IMG/VR virus record: IMGVR_UViG_3300032294_000330 | Coordinates: 1 to 35,259 of that record | DNA: 35,259 nt | Strand: one strand, 5' to 3' | DNA from: a virus | Taxonomy: Duplodnaviria; Caudoviricetes | Part shown: one piece after another, positions 1-9,146 of the stretch | How the letters are laid out: each line of letters opens with the position of its first letter | How positions within the stretch are numbered: the stretch's first letter is position 1 | Made by a program: the position numbers and the translations under genes | The notes under the pieces: generated by a model | Database searches by the model: none | What the model was told of the DNA's origin: nothing | Seen by the model: the letters and a program-made list of their open reading frames with translations, nothing else

Positions 1-1032
1 GCAGCTATCCAAGTAGGCGGTGTAGACGCTATTACGCTGACATCGGCGGGTGCTGCATCGTTTGTAACGAGTCCTATGACGATTCAAGGCGGTAGTGCTG
101 CTGCCCCGTCATTGACGTTCTCAGGAGATACCAACACGGGTATTTTCTCCCCTGCTGCTGACACGATTGCTTTCTCAGAGGGCGGTGTTGAGAGCATGAG
201 GATTGATGCGAGTGGGAACCTTGGCTTGGGTGTTACGCCGAGTGCGTTTGGCATAAAGGCGCTACAAGTCGCCCCTATTGCTGCTATTGGATCTGCTGGA
301 GCCATATCTTCATTCAGTTCTAACGTCTTTTGGACTGGCGCTTATTCTGGACAAACGTACATAGCCAACGGTTTTTCAACAGCTTATCTACAAAACGCAG
401 GCTCTCACGCTTGGTACAACGCCCCCTCCGGCACAGCAGGTAACGCTATCACCTTCACACAGGCGATGACGCTCGACTCCAGCGGTAATCTGCTGGTGGG
501 GACGACGAGTTTGCAGTCCGGCGGTACTCTTTCTGTTGTTGCCACATCAGGCAACGGCGCTGCTACGTTTCGTGTTGATACCAATAGCGCAAACACCGGA
601 CGAAGCTGGGTTGCAACGACAAGTGGCACTCGCTTTCACTTTGCTTTTGGCGACGGTAGCAGCTTCACTGAACGCGGTGTTATTTCTACTAACGGGTCAA
701 CCACAACTTACGGCACTGGCTCTGACTATCGCCTGAAAGAAAATGTCCAGACAATGTCTGGCGCTCTGGCGCGTGTTGCACAAATGCGTCCAGTAACTTG
801 GACTTGGAAAGAAAGTCAGGTCAGCGGTGAAGGCTTTATCGCCCACGAATTGCAGGCTGTCGTGCCGGATGCGGTTGTCGGCGAGAAGGATGCTATCGAT
901 GAGAATGGTAAGCCTATTTATCAGAACGTCGATGCCAGCTTTGTTGTCGCAACACTGACAGCAGCCATCCAAGAGCAACAGCAAATGATTGAAACACTAC
1001 AGGCGAAAGTCGCCGCATTGGAGGCAAAGTAA
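1..1032 (+). CDS. Tail fibre with C-terminal intramolecular chaperone (peptidase S74-like) domain; 5'-truncated
   Basis: Frame is open from position 1 (AAIQVGGVDAITLTSAG...). Fibre motifs APSLTFSGDTNTGIF and MRIDASGNLGLG. C-terminal SDYRLKEN...GFIAHELQAVVPDAV...AIQEQQ chaperone signature. Confidence 0.88.
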   Translation, partial: AAIQVGGVDAITLTSAGAASFVTSPMTIQGGSAAAPSLTFSGDTNTGIFSPAADTIAFSEGGVESMRIDASGNLGLGVTPSAFGIKALQVAPIAAIGSAGAISSFSSNVFWTGAYSGQTYIANGFSTAYLQNAGSHAWYNAPSGTAGNAITFTQAMTLDSSGNLLVGTTSLQSGGTLSVVATSGNGAATFRVDTNSANTGRSWVATTSGTRFHFAFGDGSSFTERGVISTNGSTTTYGTGSDYRLKENVQTMSGALARVAQMRPVTWTWKESQVSGEGFIAHELQAVVPDAVVGEKDAIDENGKPIYQNVDASFVVATLTAAIQEQQQMIETLQAKVAALEAK

Positions 1033-1175
1033 TGGAGATCACATTAAAGCTCAGCGTAGAAGAAGTGAATGGGATATTGCAGACGCTTGGACAACTCCCG
1101 ACATCTTCTGGAGCATGGCCTTTAGTGGTGAAGATTAAAGAGCAAGCCGAGGCGCAGACTAAAGAACCTGAATGA
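1032..1175 (+). CDS. Small phage protein, 47 aa (not in the ORF track)
   Basis: MEITLKLSVEEVNGILQTLGQLPTSSGAWPLVVKIKEQAEAQTKEPE. TAATG overlap with the upstream stop and ATGA overlap with the downstream start. Confidence 0.8.
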   Translation: MEITLKLSVEEVNGILQTLGQLPTSSGAWPLVVKIKEQAEAQTKEPE

Positions 1176-1822
1176 GCCTTCAATACGTTCTCTATGACTA
1201 TTGGGACTACGGCTATGCTGAAGGCGATGCTATTCTTGAATTCGGGAGTGCATCGGTAACGGCAGAGGCGATTGTTTCCGCTAATGCAACTAGAGTACAG
1301 TTTGGTAGTGGTAGTGTTACAGGAACAGCAACAGTTACAGCTAACGGCATCAGGATTCAATTCGGTGCTGGAAGTATTACCGGAAATGCAACAGTTAGTG
1401 CTGATGCGATTAGGGTAAGGACGAGTTCAGGATCGATTACAGGGACAGCTACGGTTACAGCCCTTGGTGGGGTTGTTTATAGCGGCTCTGGGGCGATTAC
1501 TGGGATAGCGAGTGTAGTTGTCTACCCTACAGCGATATGGGCTGGTAATGCGGCTGTAAACGCCTCAGTAACGGTTACTGCTAACGGTCAGATTATTGGG
1601 CAAGAGTGGACAGATGTCCCTGCGGTTCCGAATACATGGACTGAGCAATCTCCTTCTAGTAACATTTGGACAACAGTTAATCCAATAGCAGACACTTGGT
1701 ACGCGAATATCTTAGCTGATCCTTATGTTGAGTTGGGGTATTGGGAGCTAGGTTATACCGACGAGCGTTATGAATTCTGGATTTCGCAGACTGCTTCAAC
1801 AGATACTTGGGCAAGACAATGA
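1172..1822 (+). CDS. Putative virion fibre/decoration protein with 20-aa Gly/Ser/Thr repeats
   Basis: Six ~20-aa repeats (GSGSVTGTATVTANG type), Trp-spaced C-terminal repeats, structural gene context. Confidence 0.7.
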   Translation: MSLQYVLYDYWDYGYAEGDAILEFGSASVTAEAIVSANATRVQFGSGSVTGTATVTANGIRIQFGAGSITGNATVSADAIRVRTSSGSITGTATVTALGGVVYSGSGAITGIASVVVYPTAIWAGNAAVNASVTVTANGQIIGQEWTDVPAVPNTWTEQSPSSNIWTTVNPIADTWYANILADPYVELGYWELGYTDERYEFWISQTASTDTWARQ

Positions 1823-3234
1823 AGATTCCATTAGGTGAGTGGTTGCCAGATCAGCCCGGAGTAACAGGGGCGGTAACTGATGCTAAGAACTGTTATCCGG
1901 TTGCTAACGGATATGCGCCATTTCCGAGTGAGGCTGATTATTCGGATGCAGCGGCTCAGAACCTGCTGATTACCTTTGCGGGTAAGTTTGGCGGTGCTAC
2001 GAACCTATTTGCTGCTGGTGCGACTCAAATCTACAAGTTTGACTCTAACGATGCGAGTTTGGATGCCCTAACGACTACGGGTTACACGACTGTAGAAGGA
2101 TGGGATGTAACTCAGTACGGCAGCAAGATGATTCTGGCTAATGGTCAGGATAAGCTACAGGCTTACGAGATTGGCATTTCCACTTATTTCGGTAATTTGG
2201 CTGCTGCTGCACCTACGGCTAAGTTTGTTACGGTAGTTCGGGATTTCGTCGTTGCGGCTAACGATGGGAATGACACGAACAAGGTCTACTGGTCGGACAT
2301 TAACGATGAGACAGACTGGACTCCGGGTGCTGCATCTCAGTCGGATACCCAGATCATCCCTGACGGTGGGGATATTACAGGTTTAGCGGGTGGCGAATAT
2401 GGTCTGGTCTTCCTAGAACGTGCCATATATCGGATGAGCTACACAGGCTCCCCGTTTTTCTTTCAATTTGATGCTATCTCAAGGTCGTTAGGATGTATCA
2501 GTAACGGTTCGATTGCTCAGTACGGTGGGCTAACGTATTTCCTAGCGGATGACGGTTTCTACCTCTGCGATGGTCAAAATGTTAAGGCCATTGGCGTAGA
2601 GAAGATCAATAGATGGTTCTTTGATAACGTCATCCCTAGCCAGATACCGACAGGAATGAGTGCTACGGTTGATCCTATCCGTAAGTTAATTGTCTGGAAG
2701 TTTGAAAATACGTTTGGCGGTAAGAATCTGCTGATTTACTCAATAGACTTAGACAGATGGTCTTATACGGATACCACAGCAACGTCTATTTCCTATGTAT
2801 TAACGCCTTCAGCAACGCTAGAGCAGGTGGATAACTATAACGCTAACATTGATGCGTTAGAGATTTCTTTAGATTCACGAGTATTTGCTGGTGGACAGCT
2901 ACTTTTTGCGGGTGTTTCAGGGGCTAAGATCATTGCTTTCTCTGGTCAGCCTAAGACTGCGAACATTACGACGGGTGATATTGACGTTGGACGGTCTACG
3001 GTGACGTTAGTTAAGCCGATTGTGGACAAGGGTAGTGCTTCTGTAGCGATTGCTAGCCGGGATTTACTGTCGGATCAGGTGGAATTTGGCTCTAACGTAG
3101 CTGCTGATGCTGAAAACCGTGTATCTATCCGTTCTAACGGTGAATATCATCGTCTAAGACTGACTCCAACAGGGGCTAACTGGGAAACAGCGGTCGGTTT
3201 AGAGGTAGAAGTCGTTAAGCAGGGTAATCGATGA
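1819..3234 (+). CDS. Tail hub / DNA-stabilisation protein (P22 gp10 / tail tubular B-like)
   Basis: ~471-aa beta-rich protein (MKIPLGEWLPDQP...VYWSDINDETDW...DGGDITGL...DDGFY) upstream of the ejection genes. Start reassigned to ATG 1819 (ATGA overlap). Confidence 0.72.
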   Translation: MKIPLGEWLPDQPGVTGAVTDAKNCYPVANGYAPFPSEADYSDAAAQNLLITFAGKFGGATNLFAAGATQIYKFDSNDASLDALTTTGYTTVEGWDVTQYGSKMILANGQDKLQAYEIGISTYFGNLAAAAPTAKFVTVVRDFVVAANDGNDTNKVYWSDINDETDWTPGAASQSDTQIIPDGGDITGLAGGEYGLVFLERAIYRMSYTGSPFFFQFDAISRSLGCISNGSIAQYGGLTYFLADDGFYLCDGQNVKAIGVEKINRWFFDNVIPSQIPTGMSATVDPIRKLIVWKFENTFGGKNLLIYSIDLDRWSYTDTTATSISYVLTPSATLEQVDNYNANIDALEISLDSRVFAGGQLLFAGVSGAKIIAFSGQPKTANITTGDIDVGRSTVTLVKPIVDKGSASVAIASRDLLSDQVEFGSNVAADAENRVSIRSNGEYHRLRLTPTGANWETAVGLEVEVVKQGNR

Positions 3235-4019
3235 CTCAGTTTCGTACATTACCGCCATTTGGAGGGGATCAGAGGGCTGTTGCTGAGGTCGTTCGTGGGG
3301 TTATGGACGGAAAGACCAATAACACAGGCCGGATTACCCTAGCGACTAGCAATGCGGTTACAACGACCCTCTACGACGAGCGTATAGGCTACGACAGCCT
3401 GATTTTCTTTGTTCCGGTATCTCAGGAGGCAGAGGAAGATTCGGCTCCCTATGGGGCGTTTCAGGACTCTACAGACCAGACTGCGGCTAATACGACAACA
3501 GCGTATGCCATAACGTACAACACAACAGATTATTCCAATGGAATTTACCTATCCAATAGTTCTAGACTAAACGTCAGGAATTATGGAATTTACAACATTC
3601 AGTTTTCGTTGCAATTTAAGAACGATTCTAATGATGGTCAGGATGTGGATATTTGGTTTAGGAAGAACGGCACTAACATAGATAACTCGAATAGCCGATT
3701 CCATTTACCACAAAGAAAAAGCTCTGGTGATCCTAGTCATCTAATTGCCGCGATGAATTTCTTTGTCGAAATGAACGCAGGTGATTATGCTGAGATTATG
3801 TGGAGAACGACTAGCACCAGCGTTTCGTTAGAGCATTTTGGTACAAGTACGTCTCCTACTCGTCCAGCGGTTCCTAGTGCTATTGTTACGATGTCTTACG
3901 TTGCACCATCGGCTACAACGAACTTATACGTTTCTACACAACAACAAGGATCAGCAACGATTAGTCATTGGGCTAATAGTACTGCGGACAAAACTTACGG
4001 ATACATAATCGTCGGATGA
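3231..4019 (+). CDS. Virion protein with internal C1q/TNF-like beta-sandwich domain
   Basis: Central PYGAFQDSTDQ...GIYNIQFSLQF...DIWFRKNG...AGDYAEIMW pattern resembles C1q/BclA-C folds. Tail context. Confidence 0.6.
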   Translation: MTQFRTLPPFGGDQRAVAEVVRGVMDGKTNNTGRITLATSNAVTTTLYDERIGYDSLIFFVPVSQEAEEDSAPYGAFQDSTDQTAANTTTAYAITYNTTDYSNGIYLSNSSRLNVRNYGIYNIQFSLQFKNDSNDGQDVDIWFRKNGTNIDNSNSRFHLPQRKSSGDPSHLIAAMNFFVEMNAGDYAEIMWRTTSTSVSLEHFGTSTSPTRPAVPSAIVTMSYVAPSATTNLYVSTQQQGSATISHWANSTADKTYGYIIVG

Positions 4020-4417
4020 CGGAATTCAAATATATCGAGCCTGACCAACTAAGGAAGTGGTGGCCTAGCGTCAAGGCTGGATTAGAGAAGATTAAAGCGG
4101 TGAGTTCTGAGAGTTGGATCGTGGAGGATGTGTACACGGACTGCTGGAATCAGAAGTCAGGCTTATGGGTTGGACTAGAGGATAACCATTTCAAATCGTT
4201 CTTTGTATTGCAGCCATTGGGGGAAGAACTCCATGTTTGGTGTGCTTGGACGTTAGAAAATGATTATCATATGGTGCAAAAAGGTTTACAATTCATCAAA
4301 AATATGGCAAGGGAAAGCGGTAACAAATACCTAACTTTCACGAGTCATAGGCCGGGCTGGGAACGTAGAGCCAAAGCCTACGGATTCAGACCTCGGAAAT
4401 GGATAAGCGAGGTGTGA
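4016..4417 (+). CDS. GNAT-like virion assembly protein (P22 gp14 / T7 gp13-like position)
   Basis: 133 aa, LHVWCAW...LTFTSHRPGWERRAKAYGF. Sits between the tail hub and the ejection proteins. Confidence 0.55.
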   Translation: MTEFKYIEPDQLRKWWPSVKAGLEKIKAVSSESWIVEDVYTDCWNQKSGLWVGLEDNHFKSFFVLQPLGEELHVWCAWTLENDYHMVQKGLQFIKNMARESGNKYLTFTSHRPGWERRAKAYGFRPRKWISEV

Positions 4418-4418
4418 T

Positions 4419-5123
4419 ATGAGTGGTGGCGGCGGTAGACAAGAAAGCAAGACGGAAATAGGCCCGGATTTCAAGCCGTACATTACCTATTCATTAGGTG
4501 AGGCTCAGAGGCTGTATAAGGGTATGCCAGAGGCTCCTGAGACCTTGGCAGTTGCTCCGTCAGCAGCTACATCTCAAGCCCTACAGATGGCTCAACAGCG
4601 GGCTGTAGGCGGTTCTCCATTACTTCGTGCTGCTCAAGAAGAACAACTCGCTACGATTCAAGGTCGTGGCGTTAATCCGTTTCTAGGCGGTGCTTTAGAA
4701 CAGGCTAACCGTCTAGCGGGTGAGCGTTATACCCAGAACATCCAAGACCTACAGGCTAAGGCTTCTTCAGCGGGTCGTTATGGCTCTGCTGCAATGGGTC
4801 AACAGGCTGGTCGCGCACAAGACATCTTTGCTCGTGCATTAGCGGAACAAGGTGGTCAACTAGCGTACTCATCGGCTGAAGCTGAGAGGGCTAGACAGAT
4901 TGCAGCTTCTCAGGCTGCTCCACAGATGTCTTCGGCTGACTATGCTGATCTCCAACGTCTCCTACAGGTTGGTCAGGCTAGAGAAGGCTACGAGCAACAG
5001 GCTATCCAAGGTCGATTGGCTGCTCAGGATATTCCGTTACAAAGATTGCAACGTGCTGCTAACGTGTTTTATGGTGCGCCTCTGGAGACTACTACCACGA
5101 GTACACCGCAGGGAGGTAAATAA
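4419..5123 (+). CDS. Putative DNA ejection (pilot) protein 1
   Basis: MSGGGG start, Ala/Gln-rich helical protein with AGRYGS motif. First of four consecutive low-complexity genes. Confidence 0.65.
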   Translation: MSGGGGRQESKTEIGPDFKPYITYSLGEAQRLYKGMPEAPETLAVAPSAATSQALQMAQQRAVGGSPLLRAAQEEQLATIQGRGVNPFLGGALEQANRLAGERYTQNIQDLQAKASSAGRYGSAAMGQQAGRAQDIFARALAEQGGQLAYSSAEAERARQIAASQAAPQMSSADYADLQRLLQVGQAREGYEQQAIQGRLAAQDIPLQRLQRAANVFYGAPLETTTTSTPQGGK

Positions 5124-5758
5124 TGGGTGCTGCTGCTGCTCCAATGTTAATCGGCTCTGCTTTAGGGGCTGTGACAAATCCGAGAAATCCTCTACAGGGT
5201 GCGCTACTAGGTGGCGTGATGGGTGGTGTAGGCGGTTCGTTTATGGGTGGGTTTGGTGGTGCTGGTAACGCTGCATCTACGGCTATGGGTACTACGGCTG
5301 GAGGCGTTCCGGCGGCTATCACTGGCGTTACTCCGGCTACTGTTTTACCTGCCGCTAAGGTTCCTGTTGGCGGCGTATTTGCTACGCCTACGATGGGAGG
5401 CACTACTTTGGCTACGGCAACTGCTCCTGCAACCGGAACATTTGCTACTCCAACAATGCCGGGAATTGTTTCTACAAATACAAGTACAGGGCTTATCGGC
5501 TCAACGACTGCGCCTGTAACGATGGGAGAACGCTTTACAGGTGGAATGAACGCATTAAAGAGCGATTTAAGCAATCTTGGCTCTTTTGCTAAACAAAACC
5601 CAATGGTTGCTGGTCAAGCCCTTCAATCAGCAGGAAATGTATTGTTTCCTCCACCTATGGCTGCTCCACCTGCTCCGGGACTACTAAGAGGCAACCCATC
5701 ACAGGAACCACCTCCACAGTACGCTATGGGTATGCCACAAATTAACCTGTTAGGGTGA
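5123..5758 (+). CDS. Putative DNA ejection protein 2 (Gly/Ala/Thr/Pro-rich)
   Basis: Hydrophobic Gly-rich N-terminus. Position in the ejection cluster. Confidence 0.55.
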   Translation: MGAAAAPMLIGSALGAVTNPRNPLQGALLGGVMGGVGGSFMGGFGGAGNAASTAMGTTAGGVPAAITGVTPATVLPAAKVPVGGVFATPTMGGTTLATATAPATGTFATPTMPGIVSTNTSTGLIGSTTAPVTMGERFTGGMNALKSDLSNLGSFAKQNPMVAGQALQSAGNVLFPPPMAAPPAPGLLRGNPSQEPPPQYAMGMPQINLLG

Positions 5759-5761
5759 CGT

Positions 5762-7600
5762 ATGGCGATTGAAGACTACTTTAATTTCTTTGGCGGTACG
5801 CCTACCATGTATCAGGGTCTATTAACCGACCCAAAAGATCGTACTGCTTTAGAAAGACGAGCAAATCTAGGTGGATTGCTAAGTGCCGCTGGTGCATTGG
5901 CTCAGGGTATGAGTCCGCAAGGTTATCGTCGGTCTCCGCTACAGAACGTGCTAACGGCTCTAGGTGCTGGCTTTGCTGGTGCTGGTCAGACCTATGAATC
6001 TGGTATTAACCAGATGGCTAACGTGCAGAAATTGCAGCAGTCTCAGGCTCAGATACAAGCGATTAACCAGTTGCTGCAAGACCCTGAAATTGCTAAAGAC
6101 CCTGCTGCTGTTGCTTACATTCGCTCTAACCCTGCTGATGCAATTAAGTATTTCTCTGAAATGCGTATGTTCCAGCGTGAGCGTGAAAGAGGTATGCCTA
6201 GTGCAGTAACTACCGCTGCTACTACTACTGGTGGATTGCCTACTACTGAAGTCTCAGGAAATGTGCAAGAAATAGCAAATCTTGAGCGTCAGATTCAAGG
6301 TGCTTTGGCTGATGCTAGGGCTTTTTCTGGTTTGCGTGATCCAGTAAAAGCTGAAGCATCTGCACGGGTAGCTGATCGTTTGAGAGAACGTCAACAGCAA
6401 TTAATGGCTGCTGAGACTGATTTGACCCCTCGTATTGCAAACGCTCCAGAATCATACAGGGAACAATATCGTACTTTGCAATCTTTAAGAGAGTCTCTTA
6501 AGCCGCAAGAATTTATTACCGCATTGCAAAAGATTGATACTGAAGTTGCTCAGTCCAGAAAGCAATTTAAGTTTGAAGGTCTTGCAGGGAACTTTGCGTA
6601 TCAAATGTTTGGCACTAACGATATGACTCAGTTGAATCCTGAGCAAAACGCGTTAGTCCTAAAGTTTGCTAATGCTCCTACAGAGGCAGATCAGACAAAG
6701 ATCATCCTAGATGCTCAGAAACTCAAGTTTGAGACTGGTGCTAGTGTTCCTATTCCAACTTCACGAGAAGAAATGATAAATCGTGGGGTTGCTGTTCCGG
6801 CTACCACCACAGTCCCTCCTGCTACGACAACACAGCCTAGAAATCTTGATTATTTGATGAGATTGGCTAGAGAAGAAGGTCAGCCACCAGCACCTTCTGT
6901 AAGTAGGACTATGCCCCGTGAAGCAGTTGCTCCAAGAGTTACAGCTGTCGAGCCTACAACTGTTTCTGAAGCAAAACAAGTTGTTAAAGATATAAAGAAA
7001 CCGTTAGTTGATGCAACTAAGAGGCCGTTAATTGACCAGCCAGATTCAATAGTTCCGCCAAAACTAAAGCAAGAATTGTTGATGAAACAGCCATCGACTG
7101 TTGCTTTGGCTAGTTATGCTTTGAAAAATGTAAGAGATGCTAGGGATTCGGCACAAAAGATACTAGATAACCCCGGATATATTGATGCACTAACTGGAAC
7201 TTTGTCTCCATTAACCGTTAATGCGCCGGGATTTGATCCTTATACAGCTAATCAGTTGCTTAATAATTTGCTAGGTCGTGCATTTGTGAATGAACTTTCA
7301 CAGATGAGAAATGCCTCGCCTACTGGTGGTGCTGTGGGTAACGTAGCTGTTGCTGAAATGGATAGTTTGTCAAAAATTCAAGCCGCATTAAAAGTTGGCA
7401 TGAAAAAAGACGAATTCACTAAACAATTAAAACAATATATCAATGTTTCAAATGAAGCCTTGAAGCGTATTCCTCAAGAATATGCCCTAACGTATAAATA
7501 TGGTGGTGAGTTTGATGATTTGCTAAGAGGTACTGTCGTTGAGCAAAATGCTCCTGCTCAGACATTACCTGCTGGAGTCAGAGTTAGAAAGGTGAACTAA
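5762..7600 (+). CDS. Putative DNA ejection protein 3 (P22 gp20-like position)
   Basis: 612 aa, helical. N-terminal GGLLSAAGALAQG. C-terminal LSQMRNASPTGGAVGNV motif typical of podovirus transfer proteins. Confidence 0.6.
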   Translation: MAIEDYFNFFGGTPTMYQGLLTDPKDRTALERRANLGGLLSAAGALAQGMSPQGYRRSPLQNVLTALGAGFAGAGQTYESGINQMANVQKLQQSQAQIQAINQLLQDPEIAKDPAAVAYIRSNPADAIKYFSEMRMFQRERERGMPSAVTTAATTTGGLPTTEVSGNVQEIANLERQIQGALADARAFSGLRDPVKAEASARVADRLRERQQQLMAAETDLTPRIANAPESYREQYRTLQSLRESLKPQEFITALQKIDTEVAQSRKQFKFEGLAGNFAYQMFGTNDMTQLNPEQNALVLKFANAPTEADQTKIILDAQKLKFETGASVPIPTSREEMINRGVAVPATTTVPPATTTQPRNLDYLMRLAREEGQPPAPSVSRTMPREAVAPRVTAVEPTTVSEAKQVVKDIKKPLVDATKRPLIDQPDSIVPPKLKQELLMKQPSTVALASYALKNVRDARDSAQKILDNPGYIDALTGTLSPLTVNAPGFDPYTANQLLNNLLGRAFVNELSQMRNASPTGGAVGNVAVAEMDSLSKIQAALKVGMKKDEFTKQLKQYINVSNEALKRIPQEYALTYKYGGEFDDLLRGTVVEQNAPAQTLPAGVRVRKVN

Positions 7601-9144
7601 TGCCTACCTATGAGATCACCATTCCGGGTTCTGGAACATATCGAGTAGAGTCTGATCGTCCATTATCGGATGCAGAGGCTTATCAAGCTGCTGCGGCATC
7701 TGCACAGCCTAGAGGCGTAATTGAGGAAATAGGTCGTAAGTTTGGTATTGCTGCTAGAGGTGCTGCTCCTGTTGCTGCTGGTACTGCTGGTGGTTTTATG
7801 GTTGGTGGTGCGCCGGGAGCATTGGCAGGTGGTTTAGTATTGCCTCTTGCTGAAGTTGGTACTCAGGCTGCTAACGTCCTATTACCTGAGAAATACCAGA
7901 TTCCATCTCCTACTGGTGCTGTAGAAAACCTGCTAACTCGGCTTGGTTTCCCTGCTCCTGAAACTATGGGAGAGCGTGCTTTACAGGCTGGCGGTAGTGC
8001 CTTAACGAGCGTAGGTGGTCAGTTACAGGCTTTGCCACAGATCGCTAGAACGGCTCAGACAGAGTTAGGCCGTGGTTTGGCTACAGAATTTGCTAAGGCT
8101 CCTACTCGTCAATTAGCGGCTGCTGCTCCTAGTGCTGCTGTTGGTCAGGGTGTAGGTGAGGTTACTGGTAGTCCTGTTGCTGGCATGGTTGCAGGCATGG
8201 GTACTGGTGCTGCGTTTGGTGTTGGCGCTAAGCAGTCCTTTGCCCCTACTCGTGAGGAATTGGCTACTAAGTCTACTAAGCTCTTTGAAAGAGCCAAAGA
8301 ATCAGGCGTCATGTTTAATGCCCCTAAGTTTGCGAACAAGATGGATGGGGTAATGAACAGCCTAAGAGATGAGGGATACGAGGTAGGTGGTGCTTATCCT
8401 AAGTTAGATATTGCATTTAAGCGTCTGACTGATCCAGCTACACCAAAAGACTTTACTGGCTTAACCAATCTTCGTAAGGCCATTCGTAGTGCACAGGCTA
8501 GTATTGATCCTGAAGAACGCAGAATGGCTACTATCCTCAAAGATAAGTTTGATGATTATGTTGCTAATGCGCCAAGTAGCGATATTTTGGGTGCAAATAC
8601 AAAAACTGGTACTGCTTTGTGGAAACAGGCTAGAGATGAATACTCTAAGCTGATGAAGTCTGATGTTTTTGAGGATATGCTTGAGAACGCTAAATTAGAT
8701 GTTAGCAAGTTTGCTCAGTCAGGTTCCGAAAACTCACTAGCCCAACAGCTACGTCAGTTAGCGAAAAACGATAAAAAGATGCGTTTGTTTACCAAAGAGG
8801 AACAAGCTGCTATTCGTTCTGCTGCTAAGGGATCAACGACTCAGAATCTACTGAAGTTCTACGGAAGATTCGCGCCTACAAGTGCTATTCCTGCTGGTTT
8901 TGCTGGCGGTGCTACAGTATATGAACCTACTATTGGTGTTCCATTTGCATTAGGTGCATTGGCTGCTAGGTCTGGAGCTACCAAGATGCGTGAGAGTTCA
9001 GTACAGAACTTAGCTGACATTATGAGAGCAGGTAGAGGAGCTAGGGTTCCACCTAACTTAGTTCCTGCTGTAACTGGGGCTAGAGGGCTATTAACGCCAC
9101 TTAACGTCACTGAGGAAGAACTCAGAAACATTACTGGGATGTAA
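7600..9144 (+). CDS. Putative DNA ejection protein 4 (P22 gp16-like position)
   Basis: 514 aa, MPTYEITIPGSGTYRVES N-terminus, Gly/Ala-rich membrane-like segments. Confidence 0.6.
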   Translation: MPTYEITIPGSGTYRVESDRPLSDAEAYQAAAASAQPRGVIEEIGRKFGIAARGAAPVAAGTAGGFMVGGAPGALAGGLVLPLAEVGTQAANVLLPEKYQIPSPTGAVENLLTRLGFPAPETMGERALQAGGSALTSVGGQLQALPQIARTAQTELGRGLATEFAKAPTRQLAAAAPSAAVGQGVGEVTGSPVAGMVAGMGTGAAFGVGAKQSFAPTREELATKSTKLFERAKESGVMFNAPKFANKMDGVMNSLRDEGYEVGGAYPKLDIAFKRLTDPATPKDFTGLTNLRKAIRSAQASIDPEERRMATILKDKFDDYVANAPSSDILGANTKTGTALWKQARDEYSKLMKSDVFEDMLENAKLDVSKFAQSGSENSLAQQLRQLAKNDKKMRLFTKEEQAAIRSAAKGSTTQNLLKFYGRFAPTSAIPAGFAGGATVYEPTIGVPFALGALAARSGATKMRESSVQNLADIMRAGRGARVPPNLVPAVTGARGLLTPLNVTEEELRNITGM

Positions 9145-9146
9145 TC

